Assembly: GCA_963825135.1 (NCBI GenBank)
Contig: CAWGRW010000009.1
Coordinates: forward strand, 2,304,001-2,368,000
Source: an uncultured bacterium
GTDB lineage: Bacteria; Desulfobacterota_D; UBA1144; Nemesobacterales; UBA2774
Direction of reading: 5' to 3'
Length of the DNA: 64,000 nt
Below are positions 27,687 to 36,376 of this stretch, piece after piece (within the stretch, counting starts at the first letter, position 1; each line of letters starts with the position of its first letter). Below the pieces are notes generated by a model. That model was not told the origin of the DNA, did not search any database, and saw only the letters and a program-made list of their open reading frames with translations. A program made the translations under genes and the position numbers.

Positions 27687-28641
27687 GTTGCTTTCTCCTA
27701 AAGTTGACCTTCATGACCTGATATGCTCTCTCAACATCCAATAAAGGCGGGACAACCGTAGCCCGCCGCCGGGCGTGTGCTTGTGCTGCCGCTAGTTTCA
27801 CTTGAGCTGAGGTTGCGGAGGGAAATTCGGACCATAGAAGTGCGATTGCACCTGTTACAAATGGCGCTGCAGCGCTCGTCCCTCCGAATGTGTGTGATTT
27901 GCCATTAGTTCCCAAACTTGTAATGTTGTCACCAGGGGCGCTTAGACCTCTCCTGCCTATCGAGCTTCCGAGATTCGAATAGATAAGCGGTCTTCCTTGA
28001 TTGTCACATGCAATAACAGGAATTACCCAGGGATGGCGCGTGATAGCGGAGCTTCCGATTGTTCCTTGATTTCCCGCAGCCGCAACAATAATAGTTCCGC
28101 GCATTGCGGCATAATCTAGAGATTCTTCTAATTTGCGCTCACCCTTAGACGAAGGTTGTGCAAGGGCAGCACTCAGGTTGATCACGTTTGCGCCTGCATC
28201 AACTGTCTCGATAATCGCCTCTGCTAGTTCATCTGGAGTCGCACTTGGCATTTGTCCGTTCTCAGACGGCTCTGCGAAGATCGGACGTACCAGCAGGGTG
28301 CAATCGGGACATATTGATGGGGCTTTGGAACCTCGCTCTCCGCACAATATACCTGCTACAAATGTTCCGTGCATACAGGCAGTGCTGCTCGCAAGTGCGC
28401 ACGCACATGAAAGTTTCCCCGGGATCTCACGAATATTCTCATTGGAGAGGTTGGGGTGGTTCAAAAAGACTGGTCCGTCTATTAGACCAATCATAATCTC
28501 AGGCTTACCTCTGCTGAGTTTCATAAGCCCAATGAGATTTAGTAAATCCAGGGGGCTTATTGAGTTTGAACTATTAGGCGATTGTTCTGAGGTACTTCGA
28601 GTAGTCTGATCCTCAGTAAACCCGCATTCGAGTACAATCAT
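27673..28641 (-). CDS. S8 subtilisin-like serine protease, PatA/PatG protease-domain type
   Basis: IGLIDGPV (Asp), MHGTFVAGIL (His), AAAGNQG (oxyanion Asn), GGTSAAAPFVTG (Ser); no signal peptide. Confidence 0.92.
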   Translation of the reverse strand: MIVLECGFTEDQTTRSTSEQSPNSSNSISPLDLLNLIGLMKLSRGKPEIMIGLIDGPVFLNHPNLSNENIREIPGKLSCACALASSTACMHGTFVAGILCGERGSKAPSICPDCTLLVRPIFAEPSENGQMPSATPDELAEAIIETVDAGANVINLSAALAQPSSKGERKLEESLDYAAMRGTIIVAAAGNQGTIGSSAITRHPWVIPVIACDNQGRPLIYSNLGSSIGRRGLSAPGDNITSLGTNGKSHTFGGTSAAAPFVTGAIALLWSEFPSATSAQVKLAAAQAHARRRATVVPPLLDVERAYQVMKVNFRRKQHEKR

Positions 28642-28742
28642 ATTCCCATCACCCTAAAAAAGTCAGAGTAAAAGGGAAATCACTTATATGCTAGATTGCA
28701 ACTTAGACACACAGGAAGGTGTAAAATTTTTTGAGATCTAAC

Positions 28743-28830
28743 TATTGCAATCCAGCCGCCTTAAACATCAAGTTCTTAGGCCTGTGACTTTGCGTCCCAC
28801 TCTTTCGAATGGTTTGCCCTTTTAGTCTAG
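28743..28830 (-). ncRNA. Cyclic di-GMP-I (GEMM) riboswitch
   Basis: Minus strand reads AGGGCAAACCATTCGAAAGAGTGGGACGCAAAG-TCACAGGCCTAAG...GGCGGCTGGATTGC, matching the Vc2-type aptamer as I recall it; lies 5' of the S8 protease gene. Confidence 0.92.
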
Positions 28831-28834
28831 AGTG

Positions 28835-28864
28835 AGACTAACACAAAGATGTCAATAATGTCAA
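28835..28864 (-). promoter_or_regulatory. Sigma-70-like promoter upstream of the riboswitch
   Basis: TTGACA (28864-28859), 18 nt, TGn-TAGTCT; implied start site falls near the aptamer 5' end; a second TTGACA lies 9 nt downstream. Confidence 0.5.
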
Positions 28865-28901
28865 CAACTATTTTCTTGAATGAAAATAAAAAATTTTATA
28901 C

Positions 28902-29094
28902 TGACCTGCCCCCCCTGTAATAGTTCCATAAGTTAAGTTGGATTTTCGATAAAGAACCCTATATACGGGAGTTCATCGGAATGGCGAGGAATCGTTACAC
29001 TGCAGAGCAAATAATAAGGCATTTAAGACAAGCAGAAGTTCTCTCTTCTCAGGGCAGGAGTGTGTCGGATCTTCATTTAAGGAAAAGATATTGA
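28902..29094 (+). mobile_element. IS3-family (IS407-group-like) left end and truncated OrfA
   Basis: TGACCTGCCCCC terminal repeat at 28902; ATG at 28981 gives MARNRYTAEQIIRHLRQAEVLSSQGRSVSD then an early stop. Confidence 0.75.
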
Positions 29095-29262
29095 AACTTT
29101 AGCCACTTCAGGCGGTTCAGCCATAAATGATGTATACGAGTTAACATAAAGAATTAATTTGTAAACGGTCGTTTATGAAACACAGCCCCGTGTGCTTGCA
29201 ATCCATTTTGACCTTGCCACAATCTGCTGATCGTACAACCGGTGACAGTAACAGCCATTTTG

Positions 29263-29531
29263 AAACCTATGGGCTCTCCGAGTCGGGCTTGGAGGGCGGC
29301 GATTAAGAAAGCTAATTTACGGGTTTACGTATTCACGATCTGCGACACGCGTTCGCTACGAGGGTAGGGGAGGCAGGTTTTCCAGTGCAGACTATTCAAG
29401 CACATTTCCGGCACAGTGATGTCCGAGCCTCAATGCGATACGTGCATCCGGGGCAGTCTTTTCGGGATGCAGTCGAAAACGTGTCACTGACTTCTACTGA
29501 CTTTTCGCAGAAAAAAGAGGGAAAAAACTGA
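29263..29531 (+). pseudogene. Tyrosine recombinase/integrase C-terminal remnant
   Basis: KPMGSPSRAWRAAIKKANL, frameshift near 29320, then GLRIHDLRHAFATR...HFRHSDVRASMRYVH; N-terminus absent. Confidence 0.85.
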
Positions 29532-29570
29532 TGCTATCGATTGAAAATACGAGTAAGTCCCCGTAATCAT

Positions 29571-29645
29571 TGGAGCCGACGCCCAGACTTGAACTGGGGA
29601 CCTGCTCATTACGAGTGAGCTGCTCTACCACTGAGCTACGTCGGC
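29571..29645 (-). tRNA. tRNA-Thr(CGT)
   Basis: GCCGACGTAGCTCAGTGGTAGAGCAGCTCACT-CGT-AATGAGCAGGTCCCCAGTTCAAGTCTGGGCGTCGGCTCCA cloverleaf with encoded CCA. Confidence 0.97.
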
Positions 29646-29876
29646 TTATTGGCAAGTTCGAATAGGAAAAAATTGTCCGTATATATCTTAAGGAACGGGA
29701 TTATATCATGATATCTGAATCCTATCCACTGTCGCCGAAAACATATAATGAGTACCCGTCCCTGTCCTTGGGAACCTGCCAGATAACGGTTCGGGCTCCC
29801 TCCCCGGACCAGTCATGGCGATATATAACGCACTCTTTATAACTACCTGGTTATCCGGGACCATGATAACCGATGT

Positions 29877-30779
29877 CTATTTGTCTCTTCGTTTAAAACT
29901 CAAGGTATTGCTGATACCTCCCAAGACCCAGCAGGAAAATCCAACGGCAAGAAGACCTAGAAGAGCTATGGCTTTCCACCATGAGTACCCTCCGCCGCGA
30001 GCGGTCCTGCGGAATACTTGAAACCTTTCCCAATTGGTTAGTGGTCTGGCATTTACTACCCGTCCGTATTCACGGCTGCTCCTCCCATAAATGAATATTT
30101 TTCGGAAAAATTTATCCGGACTATCGATTTCCATATGACGAACCCGAATATCGGGCGAATAACGAATGATATCACACGAATATCTGTCCACGCATCCGCG
30201 AATGAAGATAACGTCCGACCCCCTGGCTCTTTCGAGGAACGGTCCCATATCATCGAACAGCATCTTTCGGACTGCCATATTTCTCGTATATCCATAGTAT
30301 AATTCCTTGATCCCGCTCGTGAATACGTAGTTGTTTTTTTCATTCTCATAGTCCTCCAGCATCGAGAGCATGAACGATTCCCTGGCGGCTTGATATTTCC
30401 CAATGACGATGCCCGCATCGGAATTGGCCATCGCCGATTCAATCTCATTCAACCAGTCGCCGGACGGGACGCAATCCGAATCCGTAAAGGCGATTATCTC
30501 GCCGTTCGCCGATTGAAGTCCCCTGTTGCGTGCTGAATACGATCCCCGTTTTCTTTCGGAGATTAATTTAATTTGAGGATGCCGCCTTATAATGTCTGCC
30601 GAAGAATCCATCGAACCGTTGTTGATGAATATGATCTCATAGCGTTCTTCCGGATAATTCTGGTTTCGCAGACCTTCGACGCATTGTCCGATGTATCGCT
30701 CCGAATTATAAAATGGCACTATCACGGAAATACGTATCATATCATTGTCATCCGGGTTTCCGGGTATGAACATGGGCAA
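29877..30779 (-). CDS. Glycosyltransferase family 2
   Basis: SVIVPFYN, GSYSARN, FTDSDC; paralog of 30812..31732. Confidence 0.92.
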   Translation of the reverse strand: MPMFIPGNPDDNDMIRISVIVPFYNSERYIGQCVEGLRNQNYPEERYEIIFINNGSMDSSADIIRRHPQIKLISERKRGSYSARNRGLQSANGEIIAFTDSDCVPSGDWLNEIESAMANSDAGIVIGKYQAARESFMLSMLEDYENEKNNYVFTSGIKELYYGYTRNMAVRKMLFDDMGPFLERARGSDVIFIRGCVDRYSCDIIRYSPDIRVRHMEIDSPDKFFRKIFIYGRSSREYGRVVNARPLTNWERFQVFRRTARGGGYSWWKAIALLGLLAVGFSCWVLGGISNTLSFKRRDK

Positions 30780-30811
30780 GGCTGCGGCTAATCACGCCGC
30801 GGCTCCATCGA

Positions 30812-31732
30812 TCAGGGCAGCACCTTGCGCAGTTTGGCGATTCTGACGCTCAGGCGTCCCGACGTGAAACAAACCACGCCGGCAAGGACCAATGCAATTA
30901 GATATATAGAGTCAACAACACTATACCCATGTTTCTTAATAGTCGAGTGGATTATCTCATATCGCTCGGAAAAAGTCATTTGCCTGTGAGTCTCCTTCCT
31001 TATATCGTAATTCTGTTCGAGGCTCTTTCCATATATGAACCTCTTACCAAGGTAATCCCGCAATTTTGTGATTTCCAGATGTCTTATAGAGGCGTCTGGC
31101 ACGTAGCGTATGATTTCAGACGTATATTCCTCGATCGCGCGGTTCACAAAAATGCTGTCCGCTCCCCTCATAACCTCTAAAAACGGTCCGCACCGGTCAA
31201 ATACATCCCTTTTGACAGCCATGTTATTTGTGTATCCGTAATAGAGTCCCTTCGATTTTCCCGAAAACGTGTATAAAGCTCTTTCGGACTCATAAGCTTC
31301 GAGCATCAAAAGGCCTCGCGATTCAGTGGTATACTGGCGTCCCCCCTGTATAATGCCCACCCCGGGCGAGCGCAGGGCCTCCGAAATCCTATTCAGCCAC
31401 TCCGGGTCTGGTATGCAATCCGAATCCGTGAACACGATAGTGCCGCCCCTGGATTCGGCGACTCCGAAGTTACGCGCAGCGTATGAACCCTGCTTTGATT
31501 CCGATAGTAGTCGTATTTGGGGATAATTCTTTACAATTTCTGCCGAATTATCCGTTGAGTTGTTATCAACCATTATCATTTCGCGGCGCGAAGTCGGGAA
31601 AGACTGTGAAAGGAGGGCCGTTATACACTGTTCGATACTCTTTTCGGCGTTGTGAAAAGGAACAACCACAGAAATGTCTACAATATTTTGTTGAGGGCTG
31701 GTAGATTTTGGCTGATAAGTAACGTTGCTCAA
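30812..31732 (-). CDS. Glycosyltransferase family 2
   Basis: SVVVPFHN, VDNNSTD, GSYAARN, FTDSDC. Confidence 0.92.
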   Translation of the reverse strand: MSNVTYQPKSTSPQQNIVDISVVVPFHNAEKSIEQCITALLSQSFPTSRREMIMVDNNSTDNSAEIVKNYPQIRLLSESKQGSYAARNFGVAESRGGTIVFTDSDCIPDPEWLNRISEALRSPGVGIIQGGRQYTTESRGLLMLEAYESERALYTFSGKSKGLYYGYTNNMAVKRDVFDRCGPFLEVMRGADSIFVNRAIEEYTSEIIRYVPDASIRHLEITKLRDYLGKRFIYGKSLEQNYDIRKETHRQMTFSERYEIIHSTIKKHGYSVVDSIYLIALVLAGVVCFTSGRLSVRIAKLRKVLP

Positions 31733-31898
31733 TACACATGCATCTCAATGAGTATTTTATCAGTCACATAAGCGTTCTCACTAGGAAGAATTGAAACTTA
31801 AATAAAAAGAAGCGTAAAGAGAATGTCAATGTGATTGGTAAAGACTCAGCATTCGTTCCTTTACAGACGCATAATAGCTTACAATATAAAAAATCGAC

Positions 31899-32979
31899 CT
31901 AGGTCCGAGTCTTCAAATTCCATAAACCGCGTGCATTATAGTATATAAGACAAAGAAAAGCAAAGATAGTTAATCCAAGGTAAATGAAAAGTTCCATATC
32001 GTGTCTGATCCCAGCCATCCGAGCCAGCTCATTGCCCCAATCCGGTCTTAACGCCAACATAATCCAGAAGACCGTGACAGTTCTTACGATGAGACCCACT
32101 CTGTCCCAAGACACCCAAAAGATATAACCAATCATGAATAGCCTGAAATCGATACCCATTAGTATTATTATGCCGATCTGTATCAAGAAAGCACCAGGCA
32201 CCAATATCCAACGCATCCTGCGGCTGAATAGGGCCAAAGGGAATCCGGCTTCGCATACTATAATCCCCGCCGCAATCATCCGGCTAAGCCAACTGATCTG
32301 AGCTATATACGTACCCCATGATACTAATGACGATCCGTTGAAATTGGATTGTATGAGCAATATTGACAGGTTATCCGACATAATCCACTCGATGCCTGAC
32401 TGTTTGATCTTAGACACCCCCGCTCCGAAAAATATGAGTGCCATAACAAGCCAGACGGTGCGCAAGGGCCATGTATATTCACCGCTCATTCTTGGACTGA
32501 TTTGCCGATTGGCGAGTACTTTTGCGGAGTCTCGTTAACCACCTGTCCACCGACAGATCATCGCCGCAATGAGAAACAGCCATAATCCCAAAGATAAACA
32601 CCAATATTGCATCGGAGTGATTCGTCTTCCCAAAGTTGTGGGGCAACCCAAGTAAATATATTCCGAGAACAAATGACGTAAATGTGCTAAGTCGAGTCAA
32701 AAGGCCGATGCAGCTCAAACCGAGCGCCGCCTTCCATACGAACTGAATAATAACTATAAGATTTTCAGATATTACAGGTATGTGAAAGTGCGAGAAAAGC
32801 CATATCGGCTTCCAGAAGATGGTATCTACTTCAGCCCAAGCGCTGAAATCCATCTGCATATAAAACAAGAAGAGCGCTCCGTAAAAGAGCGCTCTGCAGA
32901 ATCCGAGATTATAAGGCGTCGCAGGCTCGAACCAGAATTGTCTCCAATGTTTGTATTGTATCAATATCTGTTTCTTCAT
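31899..32979 (-). pseudogene. HTTM-like membrane protein split by a 1-nt frameshift (ORFs 32479..32979 and 31899..32489)
   Basis: Both halves are collinear with intact paralog 33805..34884; one extra base just before MSGEYTWP. Confidence 0.8.
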
Positions 32980-32982
32980 TTT

Positions 32983-33483
32983 TTATTCTGGGTTTGTGAT
33001 CTCGTATATTAGTTCCCGGTCGTATGGCTTTTCTACGCGTCTGCCTTGAGGGTCGAGCTTCCAGGAATATCTATAAAGACTTATTCCACGGAGTTGCGGT
33101 CCGTTGTGTTCACCTGCTAAGCGTAACAGCTCATAGCGTTCAAGAATGCGAGTCAATACCTCCTTTATATATACTTCGTAGGTCAAATTATCGGGCTTCT
33201 TTTTAAAAGTCATCGATAAATGTGGAATAGTCAGTGGTTGAATATATTGAGGTTCCAGTAGATTCATCTCACTGTGAAGATTGTCTTTTGTCACGCCGAA
33301 TAACTTAAACTCTGTATAGGAATAATCACGCCTGAGCCATGAAAACATTGGATATCGCGAGAATGGCCAGTGTTCCCTGTGAGTGATGATGTCGAATAGA
33401 GAGCCGCACGCGATTACAAAGATTAATACATAAACCGTAATCTCTCTCCATCTTTTCATTTCGACCTTAAAATTTGAAGTCAT
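32983..33483 (-). CDS. Membrane-anchored hypothetical protein (HWPFSxYxMFS), HTTM partner
   Basis: Paralog of 34881..35393; one TM helix; directly upstream of an HTTM-like gene. Confidence 0.75.
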   Translation of the reverse strand: MTSNFKVEMKRWREITVYVLIFVIACGSLFDIITHREHWPFSRYPMFSWLRRDYSYTEFKLFGVTKDNLHSEMNLLEPQYIQPLTIPHLSMTFKKKPDNLTYEVYIKEVLTRILERYELLRLAGEHNGPQLRGISLYRYSWKLDPQGRRVEKPYDRELIYEITNPE

Positions 33484-33485
33484 TA

Positions 33486-33785
33486 TTCTTATCCGGACAA
33501 TTTATTATTTCACCGAGCAGATTTCTCCACCTTTCCATAAACGCATCCTCGCTATACTTCTTTTCCGATACCTTCCGCGTTCTGATGCTATGCTCCCTAT
33601 GCCAGCTCTCGGGCATCCGTGACACCTCCAGAATCACTCTCTCTATCTCTTCCAGCCCGTCACCCTCAAAAGTTATTCCGAAGTCCTCCGTATCTATCCC
33701 TGTCTCTTTTGTGACGAAATGGGATCAATCCCGAATACATACACTGAACCACGGAGCCGGGCTGGCCTTCTGCGCATGATGTGTT
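33486..33785 (-). pseudogene. C-terminal fragment of GT4-like glycosyltransferase
   Basis: Near-identical DNA to about 36440-36700 (AEGQPGSVVQCMYSGLIP...YSEDAFMERWRN) with an indel. Confidence 0.8.
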
Positions 33786-33804
33786 TCAAAGTAATTATAA
33801 CGAC

Positions 33805-34884
33805 CTAAGTCCGGTTATTTGGTTTCAATGCCCCGAATGCGGCGTAGTATATGAGACAAAGGAAAGCGAAACCGCCTAAACCCAGGTAAATCGGAAGTTC
33901 CATATCACATTCGATGCCGATTATCCGGGCTATCATATTAACCCAGTCCGGTCTTAACATCATAAATATCCCAAGGGTTCCGACCGCTCGTATGACGGGA
34001 CTAACGCGGTCCCACGATATCCAAAAGAGATACACGATCATAAACTGCGTGAAGTATATTCCCATTAGTATTTGTATGCCGAGTTGTATTGAAGCCATGA
34101 CCGGGACTACGATCCAGCGGGCTTTACGGCTTAACAACGCCAACGGAAAGCAGGTCTCGAAAATTATAGTGCCCGCGGCAAGCATTTGACAAAGCCAGCC
34201 GTATTGAGCTATAAAAACCCCCCACGATGTTAACGGCGAATTTCTGTAATCAAATTGTAACAATAATATTGACATATTATTTGACATAACCCATTCTGTG
34301 CCGGTTTTTATGATCTTCGACGCACCTGCAGCGAAGAAAATAAGCGCCATTACAAGCCATATAACTCGTATCGGCCATGTGTACTCGCCGCTCATAATCG
34401 GTTGATTTGGTGATTGTAAATTTCTGTTACGAAGCCCCAAGAGAAGATGATCGACGGACAAACTATCACTGCAGCGAGATAATGCCATTATTCCGAGTAC
34501 AAATACCAAAATCGCATCTTCGTGACTTGTCCTGCCGAAGTTGTGCGGCAGTCCCAGTAGATATATTCCGAGAACGAAAGAGATGATGGTGCTCGGACGC
34601 GTAAACAAGCCGATACAGCTCAATCCGAGAGCCGCCTTCCATATAAATTGAATGATTACTAGTTGGTCTTTGGACAACACGAACAGATGAAAGTGTTTAA
34701 AAAGCCAGATGGGTTTCCAGAAAAATTTATCAACTTCAGCCCAGTCGCTGAAATCGATCTGCAGGTAAAACAATAACATCGAACCAAAGAATAGTATTCT
34801 ACAGAAGCTGAGGTTAAAAGGTGTCGCAGGCTCGAACCAGAAGTGTCTCCAATGTTCTCTTAGAAATGATATTCGGCGCCTCAT
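33805..34884 (-). CDS. HTTM-like multi-pass membrane protein
   Basis: SLSVD, YTWPIR...IFFAAGASKI...W, FETCFPL motifs; multiple TM helices. Confidence 0.75.
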   Translation of the reverse strand: MRRRISFLREHWRHFWFEPATPFNLSFCRILFFGSMLLFYLQIDFSDWAEVDKFFWKPIWLFKHFHLFVLSKDQLVIIQFIWKAALGLSCIGLFTRPSTIISFVLGIYLLGLPHNFGRTSHEDAILVFVLGIMALSRCSDSLSVDHLLLGLRNRNLQSPNQPIMSGEYTWPIRVIWLVMALIFFAAGASKIIKTGTEWVMSNNMSILLLQFDYRNSPLTSWGVFIAQYGWLCQMLAAGTIIFETCFPLALLSRKARWIVVPVMASIQLGIQILMGIYFTQFMIVYLFWISWDRVSPVIRAVGTLGIFMMLRPDWVNMIARIIGIECDMELPIYLGLGGFAFLCLIYYAAFGALKPNNRT

Positions 34885-35393
34885 TCTTTCCGGGGCTCCC
34901 TGACTTCAAGGATTAGCTCTCGAAGGTCCGGTCGTTCTACGCCGTGTGTCAAAGGGTCGAGCTTCCATTGATATCTGTAGAGCCTGATTCCATGGAGTTC
35001 CGGCCCATCGTGTTTTCCCGCAATGCGCAATGCCTCATACCTAGTTAGAATATGGCGCAGTGCCTCCTCCACATACGACTCGTAACTTACGTTATCGGGC
35101 TTTCTCTTCATCGACATTGCCATTTGTATGTTAATATCATCTAAGGGCTGAATATATTTGGGGTCCGTGAGAGGTATTTCGCGGGACGAGTCGATATCCG
35201 TTAGACCGAACAACTTCAACCAGCTTAAGGAATAATCCCGTCTGACCGAAGAAAACATTGAATATGGGGAAAATGGCCAGTGTTCCCGTTGGGTGATGAT
35301 ATCAAAGAGTGAGCCGCCGATAATTATAAATATGACTGCATATACCAGGAACTCCCTCCTCTTCTCCAATCCAACTTCAGAGCCGTCGGTCAT
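34881..35393 (-). CDS. Membrane-anchored hypothetical protein (HWPFSPYSMFS), HTTM partner
   Basis: 4-nt overlaps with both neighbours; paralog of 32983..33483. Confidence 0.75.
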   Translation of the reverse strand: MTDGSEVGLEKRREFLVYAVIFIIIGGSLFDIITQREHWPFSPYSMFSSVRRDYSLSWLKLFGLTDIDSSREIPLTDPKYIQPLDDINIQMAMSMKRKPDNVSYESYVEEALRHILTRYEALRIAGKHDGPELHGIRLYRYQWKLDPLTHGVERPDLRELILEVREPRKE

Positions 35394-36376
35394 TTTTTTG
35401 CCGCTCCGTCTTCCATCTCCTGTGCTAGCCGTGTCGGAAGGTCGATACCCAGTTTTTCCCGGAGGATTATATCAAACTCCCGGTTGAATAGACCAAAGTA
35501 TGAATCCTGATGTTCGCGTGCATTCCAGAAGTTGTGCCAGTGATATGCGAACGCTCCGGGGAAGAAATCGCGGTAAGAACGAACGGTTGGATTCTGCTTG
35601 AACCGCCAGCCAAACTTGTGAAAAAAGCCTTCGAACCGGTCGAATGGAGCATCGTTATAATTGTCTCTGCGGTCGTGATGAGACCAAAGCGGGTCAAAGA
35701 ACGTGCATGGCAGAACCAGGAGGTCAAGGTTGACGTTATCTTCAAATCTAAGCACGTTCATCGGGCGGCAACTGCCGACTTCGACGCATTTAGACAGCAG
35801 AGCGCGGGCTGTTTCACTATACTGGCTGAGTCTGAGGACGGCGCTGTTGCCATACGGCAAGTGAGCGGACCAGCGATAGCAAAATTCATCATGGAGGTGC
35901 ACTGTGCGGAGCAGCGCACTCATATCTCTGAGAAACATCGTGTCAATATCGACATAGGTGCCGCCGTGCTTGTATAGCGCAACGTGGCGAAAGAAGTCAG
36001 ATCGTTGAGTTGGCGCTACTCTTGTGAAGAGCTCGGTTTTTTCCCCCAATGGAGTGTCCCGGGCCTCGGCATCCGGATCAAAATGCTTCACGCTAATGAA
36101 GCTCAGGAAAGGCTTGAGGTGGACATTGTTTTCATAGCCGGCATAGCCGTTCTCTGAGTCGAGCCACAGCCACAGTTCTGAGTTGTTGAGGTCTTGTGTT
36201 GCCAGGAAGGACTTGACCGCGAAAGCCTGTTTCGATGAAAACGTGCCGTGCCAGTACATGTGATACCGTTCGACTGTTTGCAACCCGGCTTTCGTGGTTT
36301 CGGCATCGAGCTCACGCAGGAATTGCAAGCAGTATTCGGTGCGGGAATAGAGCCGCTCGTCCGGTAAGAATTTCAC
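35390..36376 (-). CDS. DxD-motif glycosyltransferase (GT32/OCH1-like)
   Basis: SDFFRHVALYKHGGTYVDID and FAYHWHN; GTG start at 36376 overlaps the upstream TGA. Confidence 0.85.
   Translation of the reverse strand: MKFLPDERLYSRTEYCLQFLRELDAETTKAGLQTVERYHMYWHGTFSSKQAFAVKSFLATQDLNNSELWLWLDSENGYAGYENNVHLKPFLSFISVKHFDPDAEARDTPLGEKTELFTRVAPTQRSDFFRHVALYKHGGTYVDIDTMFLRDMSALLRTVHLHDEFCYRWSAHLPYGNSAVLRLSQYSETARALLSKCVEVGSCRPMNVLRFEDNVNLDLLVLPCTFFDPLWSHHDRRDNYNDAPFDRFEGFFHKFGWRFKQNPTVRSYRDFFPGAFAYHWHNFWNAREHQDSYFGLFNREFDIILREKLGIDLPTRLAQEMEDGAAKK

Larger units (their letters stand above)
14692..29617. mobile_element. ~15 kb tRNA-Thr-integrated genomic island (immobile remnant)
   Basis: Direct repeat of the tRNA 3' half at both ends, tyrosine-integrase remnant beside the tRNA, accessory cargo, glycan genes on both flanks. 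Confidence 0.82.

Noticed and set aside
25337..28641. Canonical cyanobactin (pat-like) cluster
   Set aside because: No PatD/YcaO, PatF, oxidase domain or recognisable PatB/PatC; precursors lack the PatE leader and AYDG-type recognition sequences; only one protease domain.
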